A DNA stretch of 64,000 nucleotides, taken from IMG/VR virus record IMGVR_UViG_3300044821_000131, positions 124,001 through 188,000 of that record. The stretch is one strand, 5' to 3'. The notes beneath the pieces were generated by a model, which had not been told where the DNA came from, made no database searches, and saw nothing but the letters and a program-made list of their open reading frames with translations. Shown piece after piece: positions 1 to 9,410 of this stretch; position 1 is the stretch's first letter, and each line of letters begins with the position of its first letter. The position numbers and the translations under genes were made by a program.

Positions 1-4
1 GGAA

Positions 5-703
5 GTGAAGTGGGCGCTCATGCTACAGAATCCTGCGTCGTCTATGACTCGATATATGCTGGAGGCGTTGTTGTTAATACCCAGTCAATCGATCGAGGCG
101 GTATCCAGAATATCGGGTATTGATGTCGAGATCATCAACACTTACGAGCAGTTGTTCTTCAACGTTCGGGATCGTCTGAATGATCTGATATACATCAACA
201 AGATTGTGTACCCTGAGACCCGGCATCCGGAGGCCAAGCCGAGTTATTATCTCAATGCTCACCCGGGTCGTCTTATGTTAATCTCGGCCATGCAGCCTGA
301 CGGAGAGAACGTCGAGGCCATTCTCAACATCTACGGCACGCGTACGAATACAGACAAGCTGGCATACGAACTTTTGTCGAAGGCGGTTGAAAATCGTACC
401 CTCTCTGATGCTTATCGGTTGGTATCGTCCGGCGGTGCGAATCAGAGTCACAGTCCGGTATTGAATAGAGCCATGCAACTCTTGGTGGCGGCCAGGTCCA
501 ACCCGATGCTCACGAATGATACGAGCGATGCCATCGCGGGGCTGACGGCATTGGCCTTGAATCCAGGGCAGTCGGCGTTGGCCACGATCAAAGGCATTAC
601 GAACAATGATGCGTATGACGCGGCGTTGGCCCGTCAGACTGTGTCACGACAGGATTGGCTGAAGGTGCAGGAGGTGCAGAAACCCAATCCGTCCCGGAAT
701 TGA
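5..703 (+). CDS. hypothetical protein, probably 5'-truncated by the window edge
   Basis: 232-aa ORF; the frame is open to the window start; co-oriented with the head genes. Confidence 0.6.
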   Translation: MKWALMLQNPASSMTRYMLEALLLIPSQSIEAVSRISGIDVEIINTYEQLFFNVRDRLNDLIYINKIVYPETRHPEAKPSYYLNAHPGRLMLISAMQPDGENVEAILNIYGTRTNTDKLAYELLSKAVENRTLSDAYRLVSSGGANQSHSPVLNRAMQLLVAARSNPMLTNDTSDAIAGLTALALNPGQSALATIKGITNNDAYDAALARQTVSRQDWLKVQEVQKPNPSRN

Positions 704-704
704 C

Positions 705-733
705 TTGTGACGAGTGGCGGATGATTATAAACT
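705..733 (+). promoter_or_regulatory. sigma70-like promoter (leaderless geometry)
   Basis: TTGTGA(705-710)-N17-TAAACT(728-733)-N7-ATG(741). Confidence 0.45.
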
Positions 734-740
734 CACTTTT

Positions 741-2189
741 ATGAGACAGCAATTGATTACCTGGTTGATCGACGAAATCGCACCGGAGATTCGTAAAAAT
801 CGGGATCCCGAAGGCACAATCCTCAAGTTCGCCAACGAAAAGAATTTAGCCCCGGCCTTGGTGCAAAGCCTTGGGCAACTGTTCAACACAGCCAAGACCT
901 TGGCCTTCATGGAGAAGTCCGCCAATCGTGGGGCTTCATTTCCATTACTGGACGTGGACAAGATGGTGGAAAAATATACCGCCGTGCCTCATACGAAGTC
1001 GGCCTCCAAGAATCTGATGGCAGCAACCGAATCAGCGTACGATCACTTCGGCTTCGACACTCCGTCCAAATCCTTGGCTGCCTGTTTCAAGGATGTACCT
1101 GGGTTGAAAATCGAGGATGAGCAGGTGTACAGCGAGGAACCGGTTAAATCGGCCTCGTCTGATACTCGTCAGGCGTTGCGTTCTGAATCTGAGACGCGGC
1201 ATCTGATTGATACTCTAACTCAGGCCAAGGCAGATTTTGAACAGGACGCGCGCGAGTTGCTGATGAAGTCGGCGCAGCAGATCAAACAGGCCGGGCTGAG
1301 TTTCGAAAAGATTGAGCAAGACGCGCTCTGGGTACACGGCGATATAATCAAACCGGCTACGGCGTTGTTGGCGTCTTATTGCTCGGCGGAACACATCAAA
1401 GTGGCCCGGGCACGTGATGCCGGGGAAAATCGTTTGGTTCGGGACAACCTCGATCTCATTAAGAATTTGGAACTGGTGAGTGATTGTTTGTTTAAGATCG
1501 CGGCAACCGATGAGATGATGGCAGCAACCCGCAAGTTGCCAGACAGCGCGAACCCGGTAGACCCCGCTAAAGGCTACAAGTACGAGCGTTCGCCGGATCC
1601 GGAGGAAAGGGTGCGTCCGCTTGATTTACACCAGCCGCCTGACAAACCTCATAAATCCCCAAAAGCTGACCGACCAGAGTCGCGCTCGACTGGTCGATCT
1701 GGAGGACAAAAGAGCGCACCGGCGGCCGAAGACAAGGGCTATTTCGCTCATGTCGGAGGTGCCTTAAATGCTGCGGCCGCACCTTTGACCAACATCCCTA
1801 CTTTCCAGAAGAAGTTCAAAGAGATGCTCGGGCATGGTCGCAATTCGGATCAGCAGCATGTAGATACATCGTTCGAGGATGCAAAGCATCTGGCTGTTTT
1901 ACAGAACTTGTTGACGACAGATGACGTTCTGTCCGAAGCTGATCCGGAAGCTGTCGTAAACATGTACAACACTGTGCGTCGTGCGGCTCCATCTTTGGCT
2001 GGTGACACCAATGTGATGCGAGTGGCGTTGCGCAGTATGATACAGCACGACGGCGTTTCGCCGTTTGACTTGAAAGGTTTTCTTGACACGGAGCAGGCGG
2101 GACAGAAAAATGAATTGAATAGACGCATGTTGAATGATATGGATTATGGCAATGGCAGTGTCGAATCCAAACCGGCAAAACCACAGTAA
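741..2189 (+). CDS. putative internal head protein rich in K-x-A motifs
   Basis: ORF 714..2189 with the ATG at 741 preferred; EKSA, TKSAS, VKSAS, MKSA, FKIAA motifs; upstream of the head cluster. Confidence 0.5.
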   Translation: MRQQLITWLIDEIAPEIRKNRDPEGTILKFANEKNLAPALVQSLGQLFNTAKTLAFMEKSANRGASFPLLDVDKMVEKYTAVPHTKSASKNLMAATESAYDHFGFDTPSKSLAACFKDVPGLKIEDEQVYSEEPVKSASSDTRQALRSESETRHLIDTLTQAKADFEQDARELLMKSAQQIKQAGLSFEKIEQDALWVHGDIIKPATALLASYCSAEHIKVARARDAGENRLVRDNLDLIKNLELVSDCLFKIAATDEMMAATRKLPDSANPVDPAKGYKYERSPDPEERVRPLDLHQPPDKPHKSPKADRPESRSTGRSGGQKSAPAAEDKGYFAHVGGALNAAAAPLTNIPTFQKKFKEMLGHGRNSDQQHVDTSFEDAKHLAVLQNLLTTDDVLSEADPEAVVNMYNTVRRAAPSLAGDTNVMRVALRSMIQHDGVSPFDLKGFLDTEQAGQKNELNRRMLNDMDYGNGSVESKPAKPQ

Positions 2190-2192
2190 ATT

Positions 2193-2492
2193 ATGCCCGA
2201 TGTAATAAAAACCGCAGTGGAAGTTCTAAACGATTTCTTGGCCAAGGCTCCGGAAGCCTGCAATCAACTGTGCGTCTACAAGGTGCCGGCGACGAAAGCG
2301 TTGCTGGATCACCCGACGATTCAGGTGGAAGTGGTTAGTGACACAAAATTCAAAGTAGGATTTTTGGGGCTGCTGAACGGCATTGTGGAGCCGCTTACCG
2401 GAAAACGCGTGGCCGCCATGATTGACAACGACAAGGTTGTTGGATTTGCCGAGTACAAAGTGCCGAAAACTGATAGTCAGCCTGAACCTTAA
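2193..2492 (+). CDS. hypothetical protein
   Basis: 99-aa ORF tightly packed between neighbours, A-rich start context. Confidence 0.7.
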   Translation: MPDVIKTAVEVLNDFLAKAPEACNQLCVYKVPATKALLDHPTIQVEVVSDTKFKVGFLGLLNGIVEPLTGKRVAAMIDNDKVVGFAEYKVPKTDSQPEP

Positions 2493-2493
2493 A

Positions 2494-3117
2494 ATGAAAA
2501 TACGATCTTATATTGACAATAACAACGGGCGCTACCGGGTTCAAATTGAAACATTGGGCTTCACCGCGAACGAAGAAGAGAAACTTTTGGAGTTCGGTGA
2601 ACCGCAGATCGACATCGGCTCGACATTCAATGGATCGGCCTCGCGGCCTGGTGAGAACCCAACCATCGTCACCATCCTGCCTGTCGGAGCGGGCGCCGGG
2701 GCCACTGCTACCGCTACGGTTGACGATACTGGCGCCGTTGTGAGCGTGGTCATTACCAATGCTGGCGGCGGTTATACCAGCGGAGCGACCGCGGTAGTGA
2801 CCGGCGACGGTTCGGCCGCGACGTTGACTGTAACGGTGGATCCAAGTTTGCATACGGTTACGGGCATCGCGGTTAGTGCCGGCGGTTCCGGGTACAATCA
2901 AGTACCACTATCGGTTACATTCTCGTTTCCTCCCACACTGCGGCGCATTCGTGCGGATTTCCCGATCGTGCAGGTGTTTGATCTGAACGATACACCGGAA
3001 GCAGATGTGCGGGCTAAGGTATTTTCCGACACTATTACGTCACGGCTGATCGCGGCCAAGACTGGGCTGCTTTTGATGACCTCGAATTTTGAAGGTGAAA
3101 CTTTGACCACTGTTTAA
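2494..3117 (+). CDS. virion structural protein with two GxGY beta modules
   Basis: ATG at 2494 just after the upstream TAA; ITNAGGGY and VSAGGSGY modules like those in the sheath. Confidence 0.55.
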   Translation: MKIRSYIDNNNGRYRVQIETLGFTANEEEKLLEFGEPQIDIGSTFNGSASRPGENPTIVTILPVGAGAGATATATVDDTGAVVSVVITNAGGGYTSGATAVVTGDGSAATLTVTVDPSLHTVTGIAVSAGGSGYNQVPLSVTFSFPPTLRRIRADFPIVQVFDLNDTPEADVRAKVFSDTITSRLIAAKTGLLLMTSNFEGETLTTV

Positions 3118-3118
3118 A

Positions 3119-4090
3119 ATGTCGCAAGTTCTTAACAATCCACAAGTTCAAGCGGCCACGGCTGGTATCCGCCCGTATTTGATTCCGGCGGCTGTGGGCG
3201 CTGGCATAGGTGGACCACTGATGGCCTACTTCGCGGCTAAGAACCATATCGAAGGCGAGGATCCGAGAATGCGCCGTCATCGAATTCTTCGGAATGCCCT
3301 CTTGGGCTTAACTCTCGGCGGTGCAGCCGGTGGGGGCATCCCGGCGGGTCTGCGTACGATAACGGACCCAGCTCGGGCCATGACTGGGTTTCATCCGATA
3401 GACTCGGCCGCAAATAAAGTCGTACGCAATTGGCTGCCTTCGACAGTTGGTGGTGTTGGCGGCGTGTTGGGGTTGAAACGCCTGGGTCGTAATCGCACGG
3501 AGGCTGCGGACACAATTCATCAAACTCTTGGTTATGAACGTGCGCAGCCTACAGAAGGTGGAAGAGGCTTTCGTCAGCCGTTAAACGAAGTAGAGACTCG
3601 AGACTCATTACTGATGCGCGCCATGGACCCGAAGTCACAGCCTGATGTCATTGGTGGGCTGGCTGCGAAATTGCGACGTGGCGCCGGCAGTGGACCTTGG
3701 CAAGCACGCGAACTTCTCGGTGAGGCCGGCATTCATAATTTCAAACCTATCCACGAGATGCCTTTGTTTACTCCTGAGCAAGGTAGCACTGCGGATTCTT
3801 CGATCGAAGCAATGCGCGGTCTCAAGGCGCATCTTGGTAGTCTCGGGCCAATCAGTCGTTTGATGTCCCGCTTGGTGCCGCATGAATTGCCGGCGATCAA
3901 CGAGGCGGTACAGAATCGGCTCAGTCCTTATCGCGCCGCGGAGTTGTACTCGAAGTACATCAGGCCCAGCGTTTCAAATTCGGTATTGAAGACTGAGGGA
4001 CCACATTGGGGTGTGCCTTGGATTGTTGGAGGTGTCGGTGCCAGCATGCTGGGCGCCAACTATCTTCAAAATAAGTTGGAGGGTAACTGA
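3119..4090 (+). CDS. glycine-zipper hydrophobic protein (possible internal/ejection protein)
   Basis: AAVGAGIGG, LLGLTLGGAAGGG, VGGVGGVLG and VGGVGASMLG segments. Confidence 0.5.
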   Translation: MSQVLNNPQVQAATAGIRPYLIPAAVGAGIGGPLMAYFAAKNHIEGEDPRMRRHRILRNALLGLTLGGAAGGGIPAGLRTITDPARAMTGFHPIDSAANKVVRNWLPSTVGGVGGVLGLKRLGRNRTEAADTIHQTLGYERAQPTEGGRGFRQPLNEVETRDSLLMRAMDPKSQPDVIGGLAAKLRRGAGSGPWQARELLGEAGIHNFKPIHEMPLFTPEQGSTADSSIEAMRGLKAHLGSLGPISRLMSRLVPHELPAINEAVQNRLSPYRAAELYSKYIRPSVSNSVLKTEGPHWGVPWIVGGVGASMLGANYLQNKLEGN

Positions 4091-5587
4091 TTGAATAAAA
4101 TCATCTATACGGGGGACCAAGATCCGCTGCTTGCAGCTTTGGACGGAGTTGTTGCTACGTACTTCGACAATGATCACAGCATCAAGTCGGCGTCATCGAG
4201 TGCATTCTCAAAGAAGCTGATCGCGGATCACATACCGGATGACAAACATTTCGGCGTACATTACGTGGCCCTCGGAGCCAGTGAATACTTTGGTCCAAAT
4301 CGAAACGGGGACTGGTGGAACGAGCCCAGTCTCAAACACGAAGGTGATGATTACGGCATGCACACCTTTGTTAAGCATGGTCATTATTTTCGCGAGCATC
4401 GTAACCGAGATCCGAAGCAAGCTATTGGATCCATTCGCGCTGCGGCTTACAATCCTGAAATGCATCGTGGCGAGTTGATCATCTGGGGAGACAAGGATAA
4501 GGCCGAGAAAGAATATCGAGAGGCCAAGGCCGGAAAGAATCTCGATGGCAGCATGAGTGCCCGTGTAGCGGGGGATGTATGCTCAATTTGCAATCACTTC
4601 GCTTCGAAGAGCAAAGATTATTGCGTACATGCCAAAGAACACATGACGCAGTGGTGGCCGAAGAAATCGAAGTTCGTTTACGTTGATAACGTGAAGCCGA
4701 AGTTTTTTGATTTCAGCGCGGTGGAGAATCGTGCCGACCGCATCGCCAGGCATCTGGAAATTATGTTCCATCCTGATGACATGAAGAAGGCCGCGTCCTA
4801 TAACGGTTTTCTTTTCAGCGACGTCCAAGCGGCACACGCCGGGATAGTGCTGCCAGATTCCTTGCGTGTCGGTTGCTACTCCCCGGATAACCAAGCTTGG
4901 TTGGAGAAGTTGAGTTCCGTTGAGGCTTATATCGGTCACATTCGAACAGACCCGGATACTGTGGCCAAGGACTCGCGTTACGAATTTTTCAAACAGGCCG
5001 CCACTTATGCTTTCGATGAGTCTGAATTTACGGAACAACAACTCGATGCTCTGCGTAAAGTTGAACCGTCGGTCTTGTTCGGCTACTTGGCGAAGCGCGC
5101 CGCCGTTCTTCCATTTCTTCCGTTCTTCGCCTACTCCACCAATCAAACGTTGAAGCTGGCGTCAGAGGACCCTGCGTACAATTACGCCAAGAAGAATCTG
5201 TTGACCACTTTGTTTCAGGATGCAGCTTCGGCGCCAGCGGATGCAGAAATCGAGCAGATGTTCACGCCGGCCTCGTCGATAAAAGTAGCGGCGTGTCCGA
5301 TTGATGACGCGACTGAAAAACTTTTGGAAAAGGTTTGCGCGGACAACACGATTGAAGTTGGTGTTGTCCGAAATAGAATTTTGCAACTGTGCGCGAAAGG
5401 ACAGCCTGTGCAACAGCAGGAAAAGTCGGCCGCGGAATTCACCGTGGATCAAATCAACAAAGCGAAAGTTGTTGCAAAAGCCTATGCTTTCTTTAAGATT
5501 GCCTTCTGTAACGCGGTTGTGGAAAAACGCGGTGAAGAAAGTATTGACGACGCAGCACTTTTACTCATAAACTCTCAACACAATTAA
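4091..5587 (+). CDS. putative prohead (capsid maturation) serine protease
   Basis: NRNGDW, EHRNRD (candidate His), SMSARVAGDVCSIC (candidate Ser plus Zn-like CxxC); located upstream of scaffold and capsid genes; TTG start. Confidence 0.6.
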   Translation: MNKIIYTGDQDPLLAALDGVVATYFDNDHSIKSASSSAFSKKLIADHIPDDKHFGVHYVALGASEYFGPNRNGDWWNEPSLKHEGDDYGMHTFVKHGHYFREHRNRDPKQAIGSIRAAAYNPEMHRGELIIWGDKDKAEKEYREAKAGKNLDGSMSARVAGDVCSICNHFASKSKDYCVHAKEHMTQWWPKKSKFVYVDNVKPKFFDFSAVENRADRIARHLEIMFHPDDMKKAASYNGFLFSDVQAAHAGIVLPDSLRVGCYSPDNQAWLEKLSSVEAYIGHIRTDPDTVAKDSRYEFFKQAATYAFDESEFTEQQLDALRKVEPSVLFGYLAKRAAVLPFLPFFAYSTNQTLKLASEDPAYNYAKKNLLTTLFQDAASAPADAEIEQMFTPASSIKVAACPIDDATEKLLEKVCADNTIEVGVVRNRILQLCAKGQPVQQQEKSAAEFTVDQINKAKVVAKAYAFFKIAFCNAVVEKRGEESIDDAALLLINSQHN

Positions 5588-5594
5588 ATAAATT

Positions 5595-7046
5595 ATGGCC
5601 GTACGAACTTACTCTCAATTGTTGCAGACACTCAATACTCGAGCGGATGCACTCAAACAGGCATCAACCAAATCCGCCGCGGGCGACACCCCGACCGAAA
5701 AAGATCTGCGCGAGAAGGGTACCGTAGAGGTGCCTAAAGATCCGCAGGCCCAGCCGTCCGCGGAACTTCTGCCCGAACGTCCGACAAACACTGAGGTCAC
5801 GCCCGTGCTGTCGGTCGCGCCAGCCAAAGTTGTGGACGGACCGGAAAAACCGGCCAACGCGCTTCTGGCCCAAGCCAAAAAAGTCGCGGGTGCCATCAAC
5901 AGTCTGCGCAACACCAAAGTTGCAGCTCGCGACACTGGTAAAATTTCTCCTGGCCTGGTGAGTGACACCGCGAGTGAAAACAAGAACACCACCGCCCCAA
6001 TCCCCGGATCCACCAGCGATAAGGGTCCTGCCAAAAAGCAGAATCCTGACCCGGTGACGAAGGCCGCCGGCATACCGGAAGTCACGGACGCCACTAACAA
6101 GGGTACCGAACTACCGAAGGGTGATAGCAAAGGCGCGTTGCCTAAACCGGTGGAGAATGAGAACACCACCAAGGTGAACGAACAGAAAGCTCCCGCCGCC
6201 GAAGGTGCCAAAGGCGCTGAAAAGGAAGCCGCATGCGCGTCCGGCTGCACCTGCCCGAAATGCACGGCCAAAATGGCTGCGGCTCTGGAGTTTACACCGG
6301 AATTTCATTACAAGCTGGCCAGTTTGATCTTGGCCACCGATGAAGGTCAACGGTTTGCCCAGCAGATCATTGAGCAGGCCCACGGCGCAGCGGAAGCTGA
6401 AGATATCATCAAGGCTGCGGCCTTCATGGAAGAGGAAAGTGCTCGCCTGCAGGAACTTGAGGCCCAAGGTGCTTTTGCGGCGGAAGAGATGTGGAAAGCC
6501 GCTTCGGAAGAAGAGCGTGTGGCCATTATCAAGTTGGCCAACATTCATGCTTTGGCCAAGGCCGGTTTGAAGACCGACTTTGAGAAGCAGGCTTACGACG
6601 ACGGTGCCGCTGCCGGTGCTGGTATGGCCGACGCTGGTGTTTTGGGTGGTGCCGCTGCTGGTGGGGCTCCTGGTGCGCCTGGTGAAGCTGGTGCCGTTCC
6701 TCCGCCTCCTGGTGCCGAAGCCGGTGCCGCCGGTGCGGATAGCATTTCCGACGAAGACATCGTCGCGGTATTGGAAGAACTCGTGCAGTCCGGAAAAATC
6801 AAGCCGGAAGAGGCACAAGCCATCTTGGAAGCCTTGCAGCAAGGTGGAGGTGGTGAAGCTGGTGCTGACGCGGGTGCGGCTGGTCCCGCTGGTGCAGGTC
6901 CTGCCGGTGCTGATGCTGGTGGCCCTCCGCCGGACGACTCTAACAAATCTCCGGAGGACAAGGAAGCCTCGGCTGTGGTCAAATCCGCGTCGAGCGTTGT
7001 TGACAGCATTATAGCGGCAATGGCCAAGACGGATGCCAAGAAATAA
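5595..7046 (+). CDS. putative capsid scaffolding/core protein
   Basis: low-complexity, A/G/P/E/K-rich, helical acidic core, many K-x-A motifs, between protease and capsid. Confidence 0.55.
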   Translation: MAVRTYSQLLQTLNTRADALKQASTKSAAGDTPTEKDLREKGTVEVPKDPQAQPSAELLPERPTNTEVTPVLSVAPAKVVDGPEKPANALLAQAKKVAGAINSLRNTKVAARDTGKISPGLVSDTASENKNTTAPIPGSTSDKGPAKKQNPDPVTKAAGIPEVTDATNKGTELPKGDSKGALPKPVENENTTKVNEQKAPAAEGAKGAEKEAACASGCTCPKCTAKMAAALEFTPEFHYKLASLILATDEGQRFAQQIIEQAHGAAEAEDIIKAAAFMEEESARLQELEAQGAFAAEEMWKAASEEERVAIIKLANIHALAKAGLKTDFEKQAYDDGAAAGAGMADAGVLGGAAAGGAPGAPGEAGAVPPPPGAEAGAAGADSISDEDIVAVLEELVQSGKIKPEEAQAILEALQQGGGGEAGADAGAAGPAGAGPAGADAGGPPPDDSNKSPEDKEASAVVKSASSVVDSIIAAMAKTDAKK

Positions 7047-7091
7047 TGGCCTTGTCGCAGCGGTCAAGTGATCGCAGTACGGATTGAATCT

Positions 7092-7523
7092 ATGGCAATC
7101 GAAGAGAGAAATTTGATTCCGGTCCTCGATGAAGTTCTGAGCTTCATGGAGGACTCTCTTTCTGAATATTCTCGATCTCAAGCCCAGATTGACCTGCTTC
7201 AAAATAAGATCGCCCAACATGACCGTGTAGTCTTGGAGAAGGTGGCTGAGTTCAAAAAACATGCCTTCGATGGCGATAAGCTCAAAAATACTCTCAACAA
7301 CATGGTACAGATGCGGCTGTTGTCACCTCATGACAGCGCAAAAATTGCAAGCAAGGTCGACAATGATCCAAATGCTATTTTCGAGCTGTTGACAAAGATG
7401 GCTGAGGCTATGATCGCTCCAAGCGAAGGTAGCGAGCTGATAGAGGATAAGGATTTCGTACTGGACGACCCCGATGGTTGGGACGACATGGCAGAAGGCA
7501 AGGCGGTAAGGGTGCGCCCGTAA
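7092..7523 (+). CDS. small helical head-associated protein
   Basis: ORF 7068..7523 with ATG at 7092; EKVA, AKIAS, TKMA motifs. Confidence 0.5.
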   Translation: MAIEERNLIPVLDEVLSFMEDSLSEYSRSQAQIDLLQNKIAQHDRVVLEKVAEFKKHAFDGDKLKNTLNNMVQMRLLSPHDSAKIASKVDNDPNAIFELLTKMAEAMIAPSEGSELIEDKDFVLDDPDGWDDMAEGKAVRVRP

Positions 7524-7530
7524 TTTTTGG

Positions 7531-7558
7531 TTGCATCACGGCTTAGATGCTTTATACT
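7531..7558 (+). promoter_or_regulatory. sigma70-like promoter for the decoration/capsid genes
   Basis: TTGCAT(7531-7536)-N16-TATACT(7553-7558) in the intergenic gap. Confidence 0.45.
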
Positions 7559-7659
7559 TTGTAGGTAATTCAATTTCTCTTGTAGCCAAGTAGGCCAAGA
7601 GAGTCAGAGGTAGTCCGACTGTTTCGGATTACTACAGTAAACACAGTGGAGCAAATTAT

Positions 7660-8241
7660 ATGACCTACGGTACATATTCACGTACGGCACCGCGCGTTAA
7701 CATCCTCAGAGGTTACTGGGGTAACGAGCCGTTCAGCCGCACGTACTCCGCTCCAGTTACCGCTGGTGTAACCATCCTGTCCGGCCAAGTCATCTCTCTG
7801 AGCGCAGGCGCTTGGGTTTTGGGTTGTGCTGCGGGTCTTGAACCGTTTATCGCGTTTCATGACTCGACCGACACGGATGTTCAATCCGCGGGACTACTCC
7901 TCGGGCTCTCATGCGCCGGGCAGTTCGAAATCGAAACCCCATGGTTCGACAATACCGTGGTGTACAACGAAAGCTCGTTCCTCATCGCCGCATCTGGTGG
8001 TTCGTCCACCGCCAACGTGTCGCCGGGAACCGCAGCTCTCGGTGCCATCACCTTGGGTGTTGCCAGCGCCAACGCGGACGTCATCGGCTATGCAGCCGCG
8101 GGCGGTCGCCAGAACGCCACAGCCATCAACAGTCAATCAGGCTTCATCGAAAACTCGGCGGGAGGCGTCTCCAATCCGAATTCGATCTACCTGTTGCGCT
8201 TCAGGACGCAGTGGTTCCCCCACGCGGAATACTCGACCTAA
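7660..8241 (+). CDS. putative head decoration/cement protein
   Basis: 193 aa, beta-rich and small-residue-rich, immediately upstream of the major capsid gene; GGAG before the start. Confidence 0.55.
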   Translation: MTYGTYSRTAPRVNILRGYWGNEPFSRTYSAPVTAGVTILSGQVISLSAGAWVLGCAAGLEPFIAFHDSTDTDVQSAGLLLGLSCAGQFEIETPWFDNTVVYNESSFLIAASGGSSTANVSPGTAALGAITLGVASANADVIGYAAAGGRQNATAINSQSGFIENSAGGVSNPNSIYLLRFRTQWFPHAEYST

Positions 8242-8277
8242 ACCTGACGCTTACCCAAAGAAAGGAAATATACTGTT

Positions 8278-9321
8278 ATGGCTACTGAAAATGCTCAAGT
8301 TGAACCCCAGGTCGAAAACATCCAAGCTTTAAACCGTAAGCTGCTCGACCAGATTACGGAAGCTGATAATGGCGAAGTGAAGCAGGCCTCGGCCGCCGGT
8401 ACGAACATGATTCGTCGGCGTATTCGTGAAGAGGGCTTTGCTCGCAGAATCATCCCTCCGGTTCCCGTCACCAATGATGACCTCGACCGTGTTCTTCAAC
8501 ACGACCGGCCTGTCATCATCGAGGACATGGAACCCCTCTCCAAAGGCGCCAAGACCATCCCGTTTGGCGACAGTGCGGACTCGGAACAATACTATGGCAA
8601 CAAGTTTGCCTGTGTGTTCAATCCGATCACCACGCCGGAGTGGACCAAGGACATCAACGAATTGCGCACCTACCGCATGGACCTTCGCCAAGTCATCACT
8701 GACAACAGCCTGAAGGACATCCAGACGGAAGAGGACGGCAAGTTCATTGCTGGCGTCCAGTCCATCGTCGGTCCCGTGGTTACCAGCGGCGCTCCCGGTG
8801 TGGGTGCTGGTGGTGTCACCCAGAACTTCGAATGCGTGCCGTACAATGTGGCGGCGGGCAATTCGACGGGCACGGGTGCATGGGCCTGGAATCGTGCGGA
8901 TTACGTCAAGGTGTTGTCGGTGCTGGAAAACCAGAACCTGAACAACGGCGTGATTCTGATGAACCGGAAGACGGCCAAACAATTCCTCACGTTCGATCGC
9001 TCCGAAATCGGCGGCGACCTGGCGCAGAGCTTGTTCACGGACGGACTGACGGCGTTGCAGGAAGCGAAGATTTTTGGAGTGAAACATTTGTTCACGATCA
9101 AAAGGAATCTGGTGCCGGACAATACGTTGTTCATCTTCGGCGAACCAGGTTTTTTGGGGAGATTCTACACTCTTTCGGAAATCACGCTTTTTGTCGAAAA
9201 AAAGAAGGACATCTTACGGTCGTCTGCTCGCGAAACCATCTCGGTCACGATCGCCAATGTGTTGGCGGTGGCGCAGGTGACTTTCGTGTCGGCAGTGACC
9301 GCAGGTAACGTCACGCTCTAA
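8278..9321 (+). CDS. major capsid protein (HK97/encapsulin-like)
   Basis: 347 aa; IRRRIREEGFARRIIPP N-terminal motif, IQTEED, ILMN, GEPGFLG; follows protease, scaffold and decoration genes; followed by a terminator. Confidence 0.75.
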   Translation: MATENAQVEPQVENIQALNRKLLDQITEADNGEVKQASAAGTNMIRRRIREEGFARRIIPPVPVTNDDLDRVLQHDRPVIIEDMEPLSKGAKTIPFGDSADSEQYYGNKFACVFNPITTPEWTKDINELRTYRMDLRQVITDNSLKDIQTEEDGKFIAGVQSIVGPVVTSGAPGVGAGGVTQNFECVPYNVAAGNSTGTGAWAWNRADYVKVLSVLENQNLNNGVILMNRKTAKQFLTFDRSEIGGDLAQSLFTDGLTALQEAKIFGVKHLFTIKRNLVPDNTLFIFGEPGFLGRFYTLSEITLFVEKKKDILRSSARETISVTIANVLAVAQVTFVSAVTAGNVTL

Positions 9322-9339
9322 TTTCGACTCTTATCTCAC

Positions 9340-9374
9340 CCGCTCCCGAAGAAATTTGGGAGCGGTTTTTGTTT
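9340..9374 (+). terminator. rho-independent terminator after the capsid gene
   Basis: CCGCTCCC(9340-9347)/GGGAGCGG(9358-9365) stem followed by TTTTTGTTT. Confidence 0.8.
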
Positions 9375-9375
9375 A

Positions 9376-9404
9376 TTGCACCGGTCAAGTCTTTCAACTA
9401 TATT
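9376..9404 (+). promoter_or_regulatory. sigma70-like promoter (leaderless geometry)
   Basis: TTGCAC-N17-TATATT-N6-ATG(9411). Confidence 0.55.
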
Positions 9405-9410
9405 TCTTCA

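Noticed and set aside
8278-9321. Cellular encapsulin nanocompartment
   Set aside because: The context is a phage head-tail operon with no cargo enzyme
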